DNA of 52,676 nt from an uncultured Candidatus Saccharibacteria bacterium (lineage in GTDB: Bacteria; Patescibacteriota; Minisyncoccia; Phycocordibacterales; UBA9973), in contig CAZOLF010000001.1 in the NCBI GenBank assembly GCA_964580855.1, positions 1-52,676 of the forward strand. Direction: 5' to 3'. Position 1 is the first letter of the stretch, and each line of letters starts with the position of its first letter. The translations under genes and the position numbers were made by a program. Shown here one piece after another: positions 1 to 8,570 of the stretch. The notes beneath the pieces are model-generated. The model was not told where the DNA came from, searched no databases, and saw only the letters and a list, made by a program, of their open reading frames with translations.

Positions 1-633
1 GTAGTGCCCATTGCCTTTCGTAAACATTCGGAAAGTATCAATAAATCCTGCATCGATGAAATTTTGAAACCCTTCACGCTCTTCATTCGTGAAGCCTTTG
101 TTGCCAATATTTTCTTTTGGCCGAGCCAAGTCATCTTCCGTGTGAGCAACATTGAGATCTCCGCAAAATATTACTGGCTTTTTCTTTTCAAGCATTTGCA
201 TATATGCAAGGAATGCTCTGTCCCACTGTTTGTGCCGGAGGGGAATCCGAGAGAGATCATCTTTGGCATTGGGCGTATACACGGTGACTACGAAAAATTT
301 GGCAAGCTCAATTGCGATCACACGCCCCTCGGTATTTGGGTCGCCATATTTATCTCCAACAAGTTTGCACTTCTTCGTAATCGATTCCGGAATATCATAA
401 AGTACCTTCAGAGGTTTCTCGCGCGTAAAAATTGCGGTACCACTGTAACCCTTCTTGATAGCTGAATTCCAGAACTCTTGGTACTCTGGCAAATCAATCG
501 GGGACTGATGTTGCTCTGCTTTGGTTTCTTGGAGACAAATAATGTCGGGCTTGAACTTCTTCACAAATGGCACAAAGAGACCTTTTTTATCCACCGCCCG
601 TATTCCATTCACGTTCCAAGAAATAAGTTTCAT
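1..633 (-). CDS. xth: Exodeoxyribonuclease III (ExoIII/APE family); 3' end runs off the window start
   Basis: Absent from the ORF track because it is open at the window edge. Reverse complement from ATG (633-631) reads MKLISWNVNGIRAVDKKGLFVPFVKKFKPDIICLQETKAEQ...VIFCGDLNVAHTEDDLARPKEN. SWNVNG, CLQETK and GDLNVAH are EEP-nuclease hallmarks. Plus-strand ORFs 4..465 and 152..400 are its shadows. Confidence 0.85.
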   Translation of the reverse strand, partial: MKLISWNVNGIRAVDKKGLFVPFVKKFKPDIICLQETKAEQHQSPIDLPEYQEFWNSAIKKGYSGTAIFTREKPLKVLYDIPESITKKCKLVGDKYGDPNTEGRVIAIELAKFFVVTVYTPNAKDDLSRIPLRHKQWDRAFLAYMQMLEKKKPVIFCGDLNVAHTEDDLARPKENIGNKGFTNEEREGFQNFIDAGFIDTFRMFTKGNGHY

Positions 634-780
634 ACACACAGTATATCAGAAATAAAAATTGTTGACTTTTTATGTGGGAGGAGTAGGATTTAAATGAATT
701 GCAATAACATATACCCCAGAGGAACTTATGGCCCCGGCTGGGAAGTACTTAGGTCGTTTAAAACGGTAAAAGTAGTAGTT

Positions 781-841
781 AAAAGGGGATTAGTCACCCC
801 TAGAAAAAGCCTTGGTTACACATCTGCTAAGGCTTTTTTTA
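781..841. terminator. Two tandem hairpins; bidirectional intrinsic terminator at the xerC 3' end
   Basis: Hairpin 1: aggg(g) 784-788 pairs with cccct 797-801. Hairpin 2: aaaagcctt 805-813 pairs with aaggctttt 829-837. A T-run follows on the + strand and A-runs (U-tracts on the - strand) precede. Confidence 0.6.
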
Positions 842-1759
842 TTTCCCCTTGCTATGGAATTTCTTATGTACGTCACGAAGGTGTGCATCAGTAACATGTG
901 TATAAATCTGAGTCGTTGCGATGTTGGCGTGGCCGAGCATCATTTGTACACTTCTTATGTCTGCGCCATTGGAGAGTAAGTCTGTTGCGAAGCAGTGGCG
1001 AATCACGTGTGGGGTCACTTTCTTGGAGATACCTGCCTTGATCGCGCACTGTTTCACAATACGCTCTATCGATCGTCGTGTGAGACCACGCACATCTTTT
1101 TTAGTTTCCAATTCTTTGCCGACTTGGACAAAGAGGGCGTCAGACATATCTTTTCGCAAGCTAAGATATTTTTTGAGAGCATCGCGCGCCTCGAGTGAAA
1201 CAAAGACGACTCGCACCTTGCCACCTTTACCACGGATCGAGAATTCTTCGGCACTTAGATCAAAGTCATTGGTGAGTGAACACAATTCCGACACACGGAG
1301 GCCGGTAGAGAAGAGGAGCTCAAGGATAGATTTATCGCGAAGAGATTTGATATCGTCACCTTCGGAACTTTTCAATAGTCGTGAAAGTTCACTTGATGAA
1401 ATAAGATCAAGGTGCCGTTCGGGAATCTTTGCCAAGTCAATTTCTTCGGCCGACATTGATTCCACTTTTCGACGAGTGAGGAACTTGAGAAACACTCGGA
1501 GCGCAATCATATAATAATTTTGGGTTTTGCGCGAAACAGTTTTGCCAGTGGCACGGTTGTTGCCCATCGATTGTCTGTTGAGCCAGAGTCTGAATTCGCG
1601 GACAGATGTGGCCGTAATATCCTCTGGGTTCTTGGCTTTTGAGAATTCAAGATAGCGCGAAATATAATGGTCGTAATTCTCCACTGTCTTCAGAGCTCGC
1701 CCCTTCTCGATTTCAATATGCTCTAGAAATTCACGTTTTAATGTTTCAAGTTGTGTCAT
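839..1759 (-). CDS. xerC: Tyrosine site-specific recombinase, XerC/XerD family
   Basis: ORF 839..2116 trimmed to the Met at 1759 (MTQLETLKREFLEHIEIEKGRALKTVENY...). Catalytic signature present: GLRVSEL (Arg), HVIRHCFAT (HxxR), LGHANIATTQIYTHV (His..Tyr). The upstream extension is hydrophobic junk antisense to rpsO. Confidence 0.85.
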   Translation of the reverse strand: MTQLETLKREFLEHIEIEKGRALKTVENYDHYISRYLEFSKAKNPEDITATSVREFRLWLNRQSMGNNRATGKTVSRKTQNYYMIALRVFLKFLTRRKVESMSAEEIDLAKIPERHLDLISSSELSRLLKSSEGDDIKSLRDKSILELLFSTGLRVSELCSLTNDFDLSAEEFSIRGKGGKVRVVFVSLEARDALKKYLSLRKDMSDALFVQVGKELETKKDVRGLTRRSIERIVKQCAIKAGISKKVTPHVIRHCFATDLLSNGADIRSVQMMLGHANIATTQIYTHVTDAHLRDVHKKFHSKGK

Positions 1760-1808
1760 ATATGTCGCACAATAATTGTAACATAAAAACATAAGAGAGG
1801 CTTGGGGC

Positions 1809-1837
1809 TTGCAAAAAAATATAATGTGTGCTAATAT
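1809..1837 (+). promoter_or_regulatory. Sigma70-like promoter of rpsO (leaderless type)
   Basis: TTGCAA (1809-1814), 17-nt spacer, then TGC-TAATAT (-10 at 1832-1837). The ATG at 1845 lies 7 nt after the -10. Confidence 0.5.
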
Positions 1838-1844
1838 ATGTCCT

Positions 1845-2111
1845 ATGTTAAAAGCAAAGAAAAAGGCAAATATTGTAAAGAAAAACCAAATCCACGATAA
1901 GGATACAGGTAGTCCTGAAGTGCAAATTGCTATTATCAGCGAGCGAATCGATGAGCTTGCGATACACCTAAAGAAGCACAAGAAGGATAACCATTCTCGC
2001 CGAGGACTTATCAAGATGGTTGCAGACCGAAGAAACCATTTGAAATATTTAGAAAAGAAAGACAAGACACGCCACGAGACAGTTACAAAGAAAATAAAAA
2101 CCGTAGCATAA
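1845..2111 (+). CDS. rpsO: 30S ribosomal protein S15
   Basis: ORF 1809..2111 trimmed to [69 protein letters not shown]. Typical S15 length and motifs ([15 protein letters not shown]). Confidence 0.9.
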   Translation: MLKAKKKANIVKKNQIHDKDTGSPEVQIAIISERIDELAIHLKKHKKDNHSRRGLIKMVADRRNHLKYLEKKDKTRHETVTKKIKTVA

Positions 2112-2149
2112 ATCAAAACATCTCGATTAGTCGAGATGTTTTGATTTTG
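2111..2149 (+). terminator. Intrinsic terminator after rpsO
   Basis: Perfect 16-bp stem: aatcaaaacatctcga (2111-2126) pairs with tcgagatgttttgatt (2131-2146), loop ttag, T-rich tail. Confidence 0.75.
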
Positions 2150-2163
2150 ATATAATAAAATAT

Positions 2164-2667
2164 ATGATTATAAAACATAAAGAACAGCGCGTTGGAGTAT
2201 TTATTGATACCGCCAATCTGTACCACAGCGCAAAAAATTTATATAAAAGAAAAGTAAACTTTGGCGCAGTCCTCCGAGACGCAGTTGCTGGTCGCAAACT
2301 TGTGCGCGCAACAGCATATGTGATTACAAGTGAAGCTGGAGATGAGAAAGGATTTTTCGAAGCACTAACCAAATTAGGAATCGAAACAAGAACAAAAGAA
2401 CTCCAAGTATTCGCCGGTGGGGCAAAGAAGGGTGATTGGGATGTAGGTATAACAGTAGATGCTATCAAGATGGCTCCAAGACTCGATGCCGTAATCCTCG
2501 TAGCAGGAGACGGAGACTTTATCCCCCTTGTAAAATATTTGCAAAGTACATCTGGTACACAAGTTGAAGTTGTGTCATTTGGCAAATCAACTTCAATGAA
2601 ATTAAAAGAGTCTGCCGACGACTTCCTAGACCTTTCTGAAAATCCTCAAAAATATCTAATGCGATAA
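2164..2667 (+). CDS. NYN-domain (LabA/DUF88-like, PIN-related) protein, putative RNase
   Basis: RVGVFIDTANLYHSAK... and AVILVAGDGDFIPLVKYL match the acidic-residue pattern of the NYN/LabA family. TGA-TATAAT (2148-2156) lies 7 nt before the ATG. Confidence 0.7.
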   Translation: MIIKHKEQRVGVFIDTANLYHSAKNLYKRKVNFGAVLRDAVAGRKLVRATAYVITSEAGDEKGFFEALTKLGIETRTKELQVFAGGAKKGDWDVGITVDAIKMAPRLDAVILVAGDGDFIPLVKYLQSTSGTQVEVVSFGKSTSMKLKESADDFLDLSENPQKYLMR

Positions 2668-2670
2668 ATT

Positions 2671-3486
2671 ATGGAAATATCTCACATACATAAAATTTCT
2701 GATATGCATGTAGGAGGATTTGAAAATATTGAAAATCCAAAGGAACTTTTTGAACTTATAACCTTGCACAAAAAAAAATTTGCAAATAATTTGCAAAATT
2801 ACAAAAATAAAATTTTAGAAAGTAATAATTATAAGGAAATTCAAAGTGGCGTTTTTGTACACAAAAACGCCACTTTGTCAGACCATATTGTCTTCAGTAC
2901 TGAAAAGGGAATTATTGTAATTGAAGAACATGCCACCATTCTGCCATTTTCGTATCTTGTTGGGCCACTCCGAATAGACGAGGGAGCTACAATCAATCCA
3001 CATTCAGACATCGGTGGATCTTATATTGGTAAATTTTGCAAAATTGGTGGTGAAGTAAAAAATTCTGTTTTTGAGCAATACAGCAACAAAGCACACGCAG
3101 GCGGAATGTATGATGCATATGTTGGATCTTGGGTAAATATTGGAGGTGGCACATCCAATTCAAATCTTAAAAATACTTACGGGACAATCAAGATGGCAGG
3201 CGTTGAGACTGGCGAGCAATTCCTAGGATGCGTAATTGCCGACCATGCAAAAACAGCAATCAATACATCTATATATACAGGCAAAGTAATCGGGGTAGGT
3301 GCACATATATATGGCACTGTCACAAATGATGTGCCAAACTTCGTGAATTATTATAGTAAAGACAATATGACAAAAATCCCAATCGAAGTCACAGAGAAAA
3401 TAGCTACTCGCATGATGGAGCGTCGTGGTGTACAATTTGGGGAAGTTGATAAAAATTTATTAATTAACTTATATAAAAATGAGTAA
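2671..3486 (+). CDS. Left-handed beta-helix (hexapeptide-repeat) transferase, GlmU C-terminal-like; no obvious nucleotidyltransferase domain
   Basis: Hexapeptide-like periodicity (IGGSYIGKFCKIGGEVKNSVF..., VGSWVNIGGGTSNSNLKNTYG, VIADHAKTAINTSIYTGKVIGVGAHIYG). Overlaps tdh by 8 nt. Confidence 0.55.
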   Translation: MEISHIHKISDMHVGGFENIENPKELFELITLHKKKFANNLQNYKNKILESNNYKEIQSGVFVHKNATLSDHIVFSTEKGIIVIEEHATILPFSYLVGPLRIDEGATINPHSDIGGSYIGKFCKIGGEVKNSVFEQYSNKAHAGGMYDAYVGSWVNIGGGTSNSNLKNTYGTIKMAGVETGEQFLGCVIADHAKTAINTSIYTGKVIGVGAHIYGTVTNDVPNFVNYYSKDNMTKIPIEVTEKIATRMMERRGVQFGEVDKNLLINLYKNE

Positions 3487-4423
3487 AATTTTGATAATGG
3501 GTGCATGTGGGCAAATTGGTGTGGAATTAACTTTAGCTTTAAGAAAAATTCATGGAAATGAAAATGTTTTTGCTAGCGACTTGCGCGATAACCACCCAAT
3601 GCTAGTAGATGGACCCTTTGTACAACTCGATGCTACAGATGCGAGCAAGACTCGCGAAGTTGTTGAAAAAGAGGGGATTACAGATATCTATTTACTCGCA
3701 GCATTGCTCTCAGCAACAGGCGAAAAGAACCCAAAGCTTTGCTGGGATTTAAATATGAACAGTTTACGCCAGATTCTCGATCTAGGAGTTGAGAAAAAAT
3801 TAAAAATCTTCTGGCCAAGCTCTATCGCAGTTTTTGGCCCTACAACTCCTCGTGATAATACTCCACAACAGACAGTGATCGAGCCATCTACAATGTATGG
3901 TATTACTAAATACGCTGGTGAAATGCTCTGCCAATATTACAATAATAAATTCGGACTTGATGTACGAAGTGTGCGATACCCAGGATTGATAAGCTGGAAG
4001 AGTGAGCCAGGTGGTGGCACGACAGATTATGCTGTAGAAATTTTCTATGAGGCTATCAAAAATAAAAAGTATACATGTTTCCTTTCTGAAAATACATACT
4101 TACCGATGATGTATATGGACGATGCCATCCGCGCAACTATTGAGCTTATGCAAGCCCCAAGTGAAAATATTAAAAATAGAATGTCTTATAATCTTTCTGC
4201 AATCAGTTTCTCCCCAAAAGAAATTGCTTTATCTGTAAAAAATCACATTCCTGAATTTGAAATTTCATACAACCCAGATCACCGCCAAAAGATTGCTGAC
4301 AGCTGGCCTGCAAGTATTGATGACTCTGTAGCCCGAAGCGACTGGGGCTGGAAACCAGAATTTGATCTCGAAAAAATGACAGAGATGATGTTAGTAAATT
4401 TAAAAAATAAGTTAAGTTTATAA
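3479..4423 (+). CDS. tdh: L-threonine 3-dehydrogenase, extended-SDR (UDP-galactose-4-epimerase-like) type
   Basis: Rossmann motif GACGQIG, catalytic YGITK (YxxxK), YPGLISWKSEPGGGTTDYAVEIFYEA typical of SDR-type TDH. Lies directly upstream of kbl, the classic tdh-kbl pair. Confidence 0.7.
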   Translation: MSKILIMGACGQIGVELTLALRKIHGNENVFASDLRDNHPMLVDGPFVQLDATDASKTREVVEKEGITDIYLLAALLSATGEKNPKLCWDLNMNSLRQILDLGVEKKLKIFWPSSIAVFGPTTPRDNTPQQTVIEPSTMYGITKYAGEMLCQYYNNKFGLDVRSVRYPGLISWKSEPGGGTTDYAVEIFYEAIKNKKYTCFLSENTYLPMMYMDDAIRATIELMQAPSENIKNRMSYNLSAISFSPKEIALSVKNHIPEFEISYNPDHRQKIADSWPASIDDSVARSDWGWKPEFDLEKMTEMMLVNLKNKLSL

Positions 4424-4552
4424 AATTGTCGCAGGCGTATATTTGTGAGGGGCTTTCAACGGCGACGGCCGGAGAACCGAGCAAATTTTTACCAAAAAAT
4501 TTGAGTCCCCGAATAAAAGATATGCGAAGAAAGATTTTATAAACAAGAATGT

Positions 4553-5682
4553 ATGTATACAAAAAAAATTACAGATCAAATAGAAGGCGATTTGAAAGCC
4601 ATAGCGGATAATGGCAAGTTTAAGACTGAGCGACTTATCGAAGGTGCACAAGGTGCACATGTGGTTGTCGATGGTAAAGAAATGGTTATGTTTGCATCGA
4701 ACAACTACCTTGGCCTCGCCAATCACCCAGATTTAATCAAAGCTTCAGTTGAAGGAATGCAAAAATTTGGCTTCGGAACGGCAAGTGTACGATTCCTTTC
4801 AGGAACACAGACAATCCACCGCGATTTGGAAAAACGAATTGCAAAATTCATTGGAACAGAAGATGTGATTTTGTATTCTACAAATTTTATGTCCAACCTT
4901 GGGCTTTTTGCCACATTAGTAAATGAACCATTTGGAGCAACTGAACCTTGGAAAGATGTGATTTACAGCGATGCCAACAACCACGCATCAATTATTGATG
5001 CTTTTAAACTTTGCAAAAAAGAAAATTTGGATAAAAGAATTTATAAAGGTGGCAATGTTGCAATGCTCGAACAATTTCTCGAAGAAGATAAAGATAAAGG
5101 CTACCGAAATAAAATAATCGTAACCGATGGAATATTTAGTATGGAGGGTACAATGGCAGATTTGCCAAAATTGATTGAACTTGCCGAGAAATACGAAGCA
5201 CTATTATTCGTAGATGATGCACACGGCATTGGCGTAATGGGTGAGCACGGTAAGGGAACGGCAGAAGCCCAAAATGTATTCGGTAAAATTGATATCATTT
5301 CAGGAACTCTTGGCAAAGCGCTCGGTGGGGCAATCGGTGGATATGTTGGCGGCAAAAAATCTTTAAAGCCCTCGATGTTTTGGAAGGTGACAATACTCTC
5401 ACAAAAAAGGTAAAAGAAAATGCTTCATACTTCCGAAGTAAATTAGAAGAAAATAATTGGCCAACTCTAGCAGGGAGTCACGCCATAGTGCCCTTGATGA
5501 TCGGCGATGCTAGAAAAGCAAGTGAACTCTCGAAAAAACTTTTTGAAAATGGCATCTATGCCACCTCGCTTTCATTCCCAGTTGTGCCCGAAGGGGAGGC
5601 TCGTATTCGATTTCAACTTTCAGCACTCCATACAAAGGAAGATATAGATAAAACTATTGAAATTATAAAGAAAGTTTACTAA
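4553..5682 (+). pseudogene. kbl: Glycine C-acetyltransferase (2-amino-3-ketobutyrate CoA ligase), disrupted by an internal deletion plus frameshift
   Basis: ORF 4553..5413 carries NNYLGLANHP, DDAHG and the PLP-lysine motif SGTLGKALGG, then ends in a frameshifted tail. ORF 5380..5682 resumes in another frame at (KIF)KALDVLEGDNTL...FPVVPEGEARIRFQLSALHT. About 26 residues equivalent to E. coli [26 protein letters not shown] are absent. The junction is near 5353-5365. Confidence 0.7.
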
Positions 5683-5722
5683 AAATAAGCTTGTAAAATA
5701 AGGGTTAAATAGATAATTTAAC

Positions 5723-5751
5723 TTGACAAACAGATATAAATATGCTATTCT
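5723..5751 (+). promoter_or_regulatory. Sigma70-like promoter with extended -10
   Basis: TTGACA (5723-5728), 17 nt, then TGC-TATTCT (5743-5751). Confidence 0.5.
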
Positions 5752-5806
5752 TCCGGGGATAGCTGTTCTTTGACATCGGATTAGATGTTTTTTTGTTTTT
5801 GTGGGC

Positions 5807-5858
5807 AATGATTGATTTCCCTAGCTCCTTTTCCAGGGAATTGAGGTAATCAATCATT
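5807..5858 (+). other. Nested stem-loop in the 5' leader of ORF 5886
   Basis: aatgattgatt (5807-5817) is the exact reverse complement of aatcaatcatt (5848-5858). An inner stem pairs ttccct with agggaa. Confidence 0.45.
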
Positions 5859-5885
5859 CACTCTTTAAAAAACAAATAAACTCTT

Positions 5886-6188
5886 ATGAAAAATGTACCT
5901 AAACTCCTGTGGGCACTAATTGCCTTATCTATTTTCGAATCCGCGTTAAATTCTATTTCCATTTATTCAAAGAAAGAACTGAACGAGAGGTTGGATGCCG
6001 TAACAAAAACACACGAAAAAATTAAAGCTGAAAACATTGCTGTGAAGCAAGAAAATGATTCACTGAAAACGGTAATTCACACTTTTGAAGCAAAGGAAGC
6101 AAAGTACTACGGTCACACTGACCCTGGTGTGCTTAATTATCAGAAAATGAAAGATGGACAATTCGGAACAACAACCAAAGCAAAGTAA
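5886..6188 (+). CDS. Hypothetical membrane-anchored coiled-coil protein
   Basis: N-terminal hydrophobic segment (LLWALIALSIF) followed by a charged helical region. Long ORF in AT-rich DNA. No family recognised. Confidence 0.6.
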   Translation: MKNVPKLLWALIALSIFESALNSISIYSKKELNERLDAVTKTHEKIKAENIAVKQENDSLKTVIHTFEAKEAKYYGHTDPGVLNYQKMKDGQFGTTTKAK

Positions 6189-6214
6189 ATTCTCACCTTC
6201 TAAAAACTCAGAAA

Positions 6215-7585
6215 ATGAAAAAGTATGCAATCAAGGTAACTTTTTACCTATTCGTTACAACAATCTTGTTTCTCGTTGGGCTTGGTATATACCACTCAAT
6301 CAAAGGAAATGAAGTAGCTATCTACCCACGCTTTCAAAAAAGTGAGGGCAAGTCCAGTGAATTTAACTGGTGTTCTCCATTTTTCCCGATCCAGTTTGAA
6401 TATCAAAAGCTAGAAACTTTTGAATTTAAATTTGATCATCGGGTTAAATACCCTATTGCACCAAAATTTAATGTCGTGCACGGAATTGATTCTTCTGAAA
6501 TAATTGTAGCCAATGAAATTGCTGACTTTATTTATGACAGCCTTCATTACATTCAATTTAATCTTGGTTTTGATCTGGATGGACAATCTCTTGCGGTAAG
6601 AACAGCCAAGAGTCCTTGGACGTTACATGTTAACAAAGCTTACCTAACAGAGTTAAACTTTAAGGGCACAGCCTCTCCAGAAGCTTTGAAGTACGGTCTT
6701 GAAAAAAGCCTGCAACCTGGCGCTTTTGAACCAGAAAATGCAAACCTTGCAAAAGGCAGACTTGAATTAACTGATTCACTAACTAAAGCAAACCTTGCAA
6801 AAAGAGGAGTGGATTTAACAAAAACACTAATTGTATTAAATTCAGAGGAATTGCAGTTAGACTCAGCAGATGTAAAGAAAGCCATGACTGATTCTTCTAT
6901 CCTTGATGAAATGCGGTACGTGCAAGCTACTATTAAAGGTAGGGCTCAACGACTAATAATAACTCCTGTCCTTTTACCTATTGGTTTTCTATTTTGGATT
7001 TTGTTATTGTTACTTTTAATTTCATTTTTTAGTAAATTAAAGTTTCAAAAACCCCGAAATATCAAGCAACTATGGTGGCTTTTAGCTTTAATCTTGGGCT
7101 TGCTGAGTTTAGTATTCATCGCAACTCAGTTCGGTGAATTCTTTAACTCAAACAATACCGAAACAGCAGAGAAAAGTATTGAAAATTTTAAAGTCATTAA
7201 TAGATATGTTGACTCAGATTATTTTATACTTTTTACAATTATTGTGGAAATTTTGTTTATCGCACTTCTCTTATGGGCAATACTATGGATAATTTTTCGC
7301 AACTGGAAAGAATTTATTTTTTTTCTATGGGCACTTTTAAAAGGCCTCTGGTGGTTGATCCGATTGATAGTACTCGGTATCATGATGGCATTGTTACTAT
7401 GCTTATCCTTGGCTTTAATGTTATTAGCCTTCGTAGTATTACTTATTGTCTTTGTTGGAGTAGTCTTGATCATTTCATGGAGAGAAGCCAACTGGTGGCA
7501 ACGAATACTTGTTGTTCACCTTATCCTTGATATCATTGCCTTTGTAGCATGGTTGATGGGTGTATGGACCCCAACTTTTCTCTAA
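6215..7585 (+). CDS. Hypothetical polytopic membrane protein
   Basis: N-terminal TM segment, a soluble domain of about 230 aa, then a very hydrophobic Leu/Trp-rich C-terminal half with several TM segments. No family recognised. Confidence 0.7.
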   Translation: MKKYAIKVTFYLFVTTILFLVGLGIYHSIKGNEVAIYPRFQKSEGKSSEFNWCSPFFPIQFEYQKLETFEFKFDHRVKYPIAPKFNVVHGIDSSEIIVANEIADFIYDSLHYIQFNLGFDLDGQSLAVRTAKSPWTLHVNKAYLTELNFKGTASPEALKYGLEKSLQPGAFEPENANLAKGRLELTDSLTKANLAKRGVDLTKTLIVLNSEELQLDSADVKKAMTDSSILDEMRYVQATIKGRAQRLIITPVLLPIGFLFWILLLLLLISFFSKLKFQKPRNIKQLWWLLALILGLLSLVFIATQFGEFFNSNNTETAEKSIENFKVINRYVDSDYFILFTIIVEILFIALLLWAILWIIFRNWKEFIFFLWALLKGLWWLIRLIVLGIMMALLLCLSLALMLLAFVVLLIVFVGVVLIISWREANWWQRILVVHLILDIIAFVAWLMGVWTPTFL

Positions 7586-7605
7586 TCCGATAATAATCTG
7601 TTTGC

Positions 7606-7645
7606 AAAAAATCCCGTCATATTTAATCCTGACGGGATTTTTTCA
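7606..7645 (+). terminator. Intrinsic terminator (AAAATCCC...GGGATTTT class)
   Basis: aaaaaatcccgtca (7606-7619) pairs with tgacgggatttttt (7630-7643). Confidence 0.7.
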
Positions 7646-7674
7646 TTTTTATAATACAAGAAAATAAATCGCAA

Positions 7675-7703
7675 TTGACACCCTTATATAATAGTGCTAA
7701 ATT
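7675..7703 (+). promoter_or_regulatory. Sigma70-like promoter with extended -10
   Basis: TTGACA (7675-7680), 17 nt, then TGC-TAAATT (7695-7703). The 21-nt leader contains AGGA 5 nt before the ATG at 7725. Confidence 0.5.
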
Positions 7704-7724
7704 TTAGTTAAATTCACAGGAATT

Positions 7725-8339
7725 ATGACAGCAAAAATTTTTATCCCAGACGGAGGCATTTGGATCAGCGAACGCGGACACCAAGATGGAAACTCCAAGA
7801 AATTTTTTGGCCTTTTCTGCATTAAAAATGTAGGAATTGTACTAACAATAGGGCTAAGTGACAAATTGGTTTCAAGCTTAATGAACAAAACAAATTTTAC
7901 CTCGATCCACAAGAGGCAAATTCTGCAGTTCAAAAACGCCAATGATGCAAACCCTGCAAATATGCTCGATTTCATTGAGCAACTTCCAGATACAGACAAG
8001 GAACAATTGCTTATGGATTCCATATTAATTCCATATGACCAGAGAGCAAAATTCTGGGATAAAGGAAAAGGTGGAATGATCATACATCCACACTTAATCA
8101 TCGAATGCATATGGCCAATAACATTGTCTATCGGTAAATTCCAAGAAGAGCAGTGGGAAGAAAAACTTTCAGGATTCCTTTTTGTTAAGTACCCAGAATT
8201 CAGAACGGCCCACAATGCGACCTACTATCCAGGTGTACATATAATGGAAAAAAATAACCACAAGCTTGCCTTGGGGAAAACAGTCAAAGCAGAGAACTTC
8301 ATTGACTACATTCATGAGATTCTCCCTTTGCCGGCATAG
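7725..8339 (+). CDS. Hypothetical protein
   Basis: Bracketed by a + strand promoter (7675) and terminator (8366). The antisense ORF 7697..8215 is Cys/Ser-rich and not protein-like. Confidence 0.6.
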   Translation: MTAKIFIPDGGIWISERGHQDGNSKKFFGLFCIKNVGIVLTIGLSDKLVSSLMNKTNFTSIHKRQILQFKNANDANPANMLDFIEQLPDTDKEQLLMDSILIPYDQRAKFWDKGKGGMIIHPHLIIECIWPITLSIGKFQEEQWEEKLSGFLFVKYPEFRTAHNATYYPGVHIMEKNNHKLALGKTVKAENFIDYIHEILPLPA

Positions 8340-8365
8340 TTTTTTCTTTTTTTCTTAAATATAAG

Positions 8366-8397
8366 AAATCCCGTGATGACCTCACGGGATTTTTTCA
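8366..8397 (+). terminator. Intrinsic terminator (AAAATCCC...GGGATTTT class)
   Basis: aaatcccgtga (8366-8376) pairs with tcacgggattt (8382-8392), followed by a T-run. The next promoter starts 4 nt later. Confidence 0.75.
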
Positions 8398-8400
8398 TTC

Positions 8401-8428
8401 TTGACAAATAACACTCCCTTGCTATATT
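8401..8428 (+). promoter_or_regulatory. Sigma70-like promoter with extended -10
   Basis: TTGACA (8401-8406), 16 nt, then TGC-TATATT (8420-8428). Confidence 0.5.
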
Positions 8429-8434
8429 AGAAAT

Positions 8435-8497
8435 ATGAGACGCATTGCACAAAATCCGGTCATTCTCATTAACTATCTTAAAGTAGATGGCTTTTGA
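8435..8497 (+). CDS. Candidate leaderless 20-codon mini-ORF (leader peptide?)
   Basis: The ATG lies exactly 6 nt after the -10 box, matching the leaderless spacing of many genes here. Encodes MRRIAQNPVILINYLKVDGF. Too short for coding statistics. Confidence 0.3.
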   Translation: MRRIAQNPVILINYLKVDGF

Positions 8498-8543
8498 TTG
8501 TGCTTGTGTAGACTAACCAACAACAATACGAACAAAGTGAAAA

Positions 8544-8570
8544 GCCCTCTACCAAGAGTGGCATTTTTGT
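8544..8570 (+). terminator. Terminator/attenuator-like hairpin inside the leader of ORF 8606
   Basis: gccctct (8544-8550) pairs with agagtggc (8555-8562) with one bulge, followed by ttttt (8564-8568). Confidence 0.35.

Noticed and set aside
839-1759. Xer-type recombinase as the integrase of a mobile element carrying the T4SS-like genes
   Set aside because: It is 44 kb away from the T4SS-like core and separated from it by many housekeeping genes (glmS, pnp, rsmA and others). No flanking direct repeats were noticed. It looks like a chromosomal dimer-resolution recombinase.
1760-2116. N-terminal extension of the 425-aa ORF 839..2116 (minus strand)
   Set aside because: The extension is hydrophobic, low-complexity sequence antisense to the clearly real rpsO gene. 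The recombinase homology begins at the Met at 1759, which has a TGT-TACAAT promoter element upstream.
7697-8215. Minus-strand 172-aa ORF overlapping ORF 7725..8339
   Set aside because: Its composition is Cys/Ser-rich and not protein-like. Promoter (7675) and terminator (8366) signals are on the + strand.
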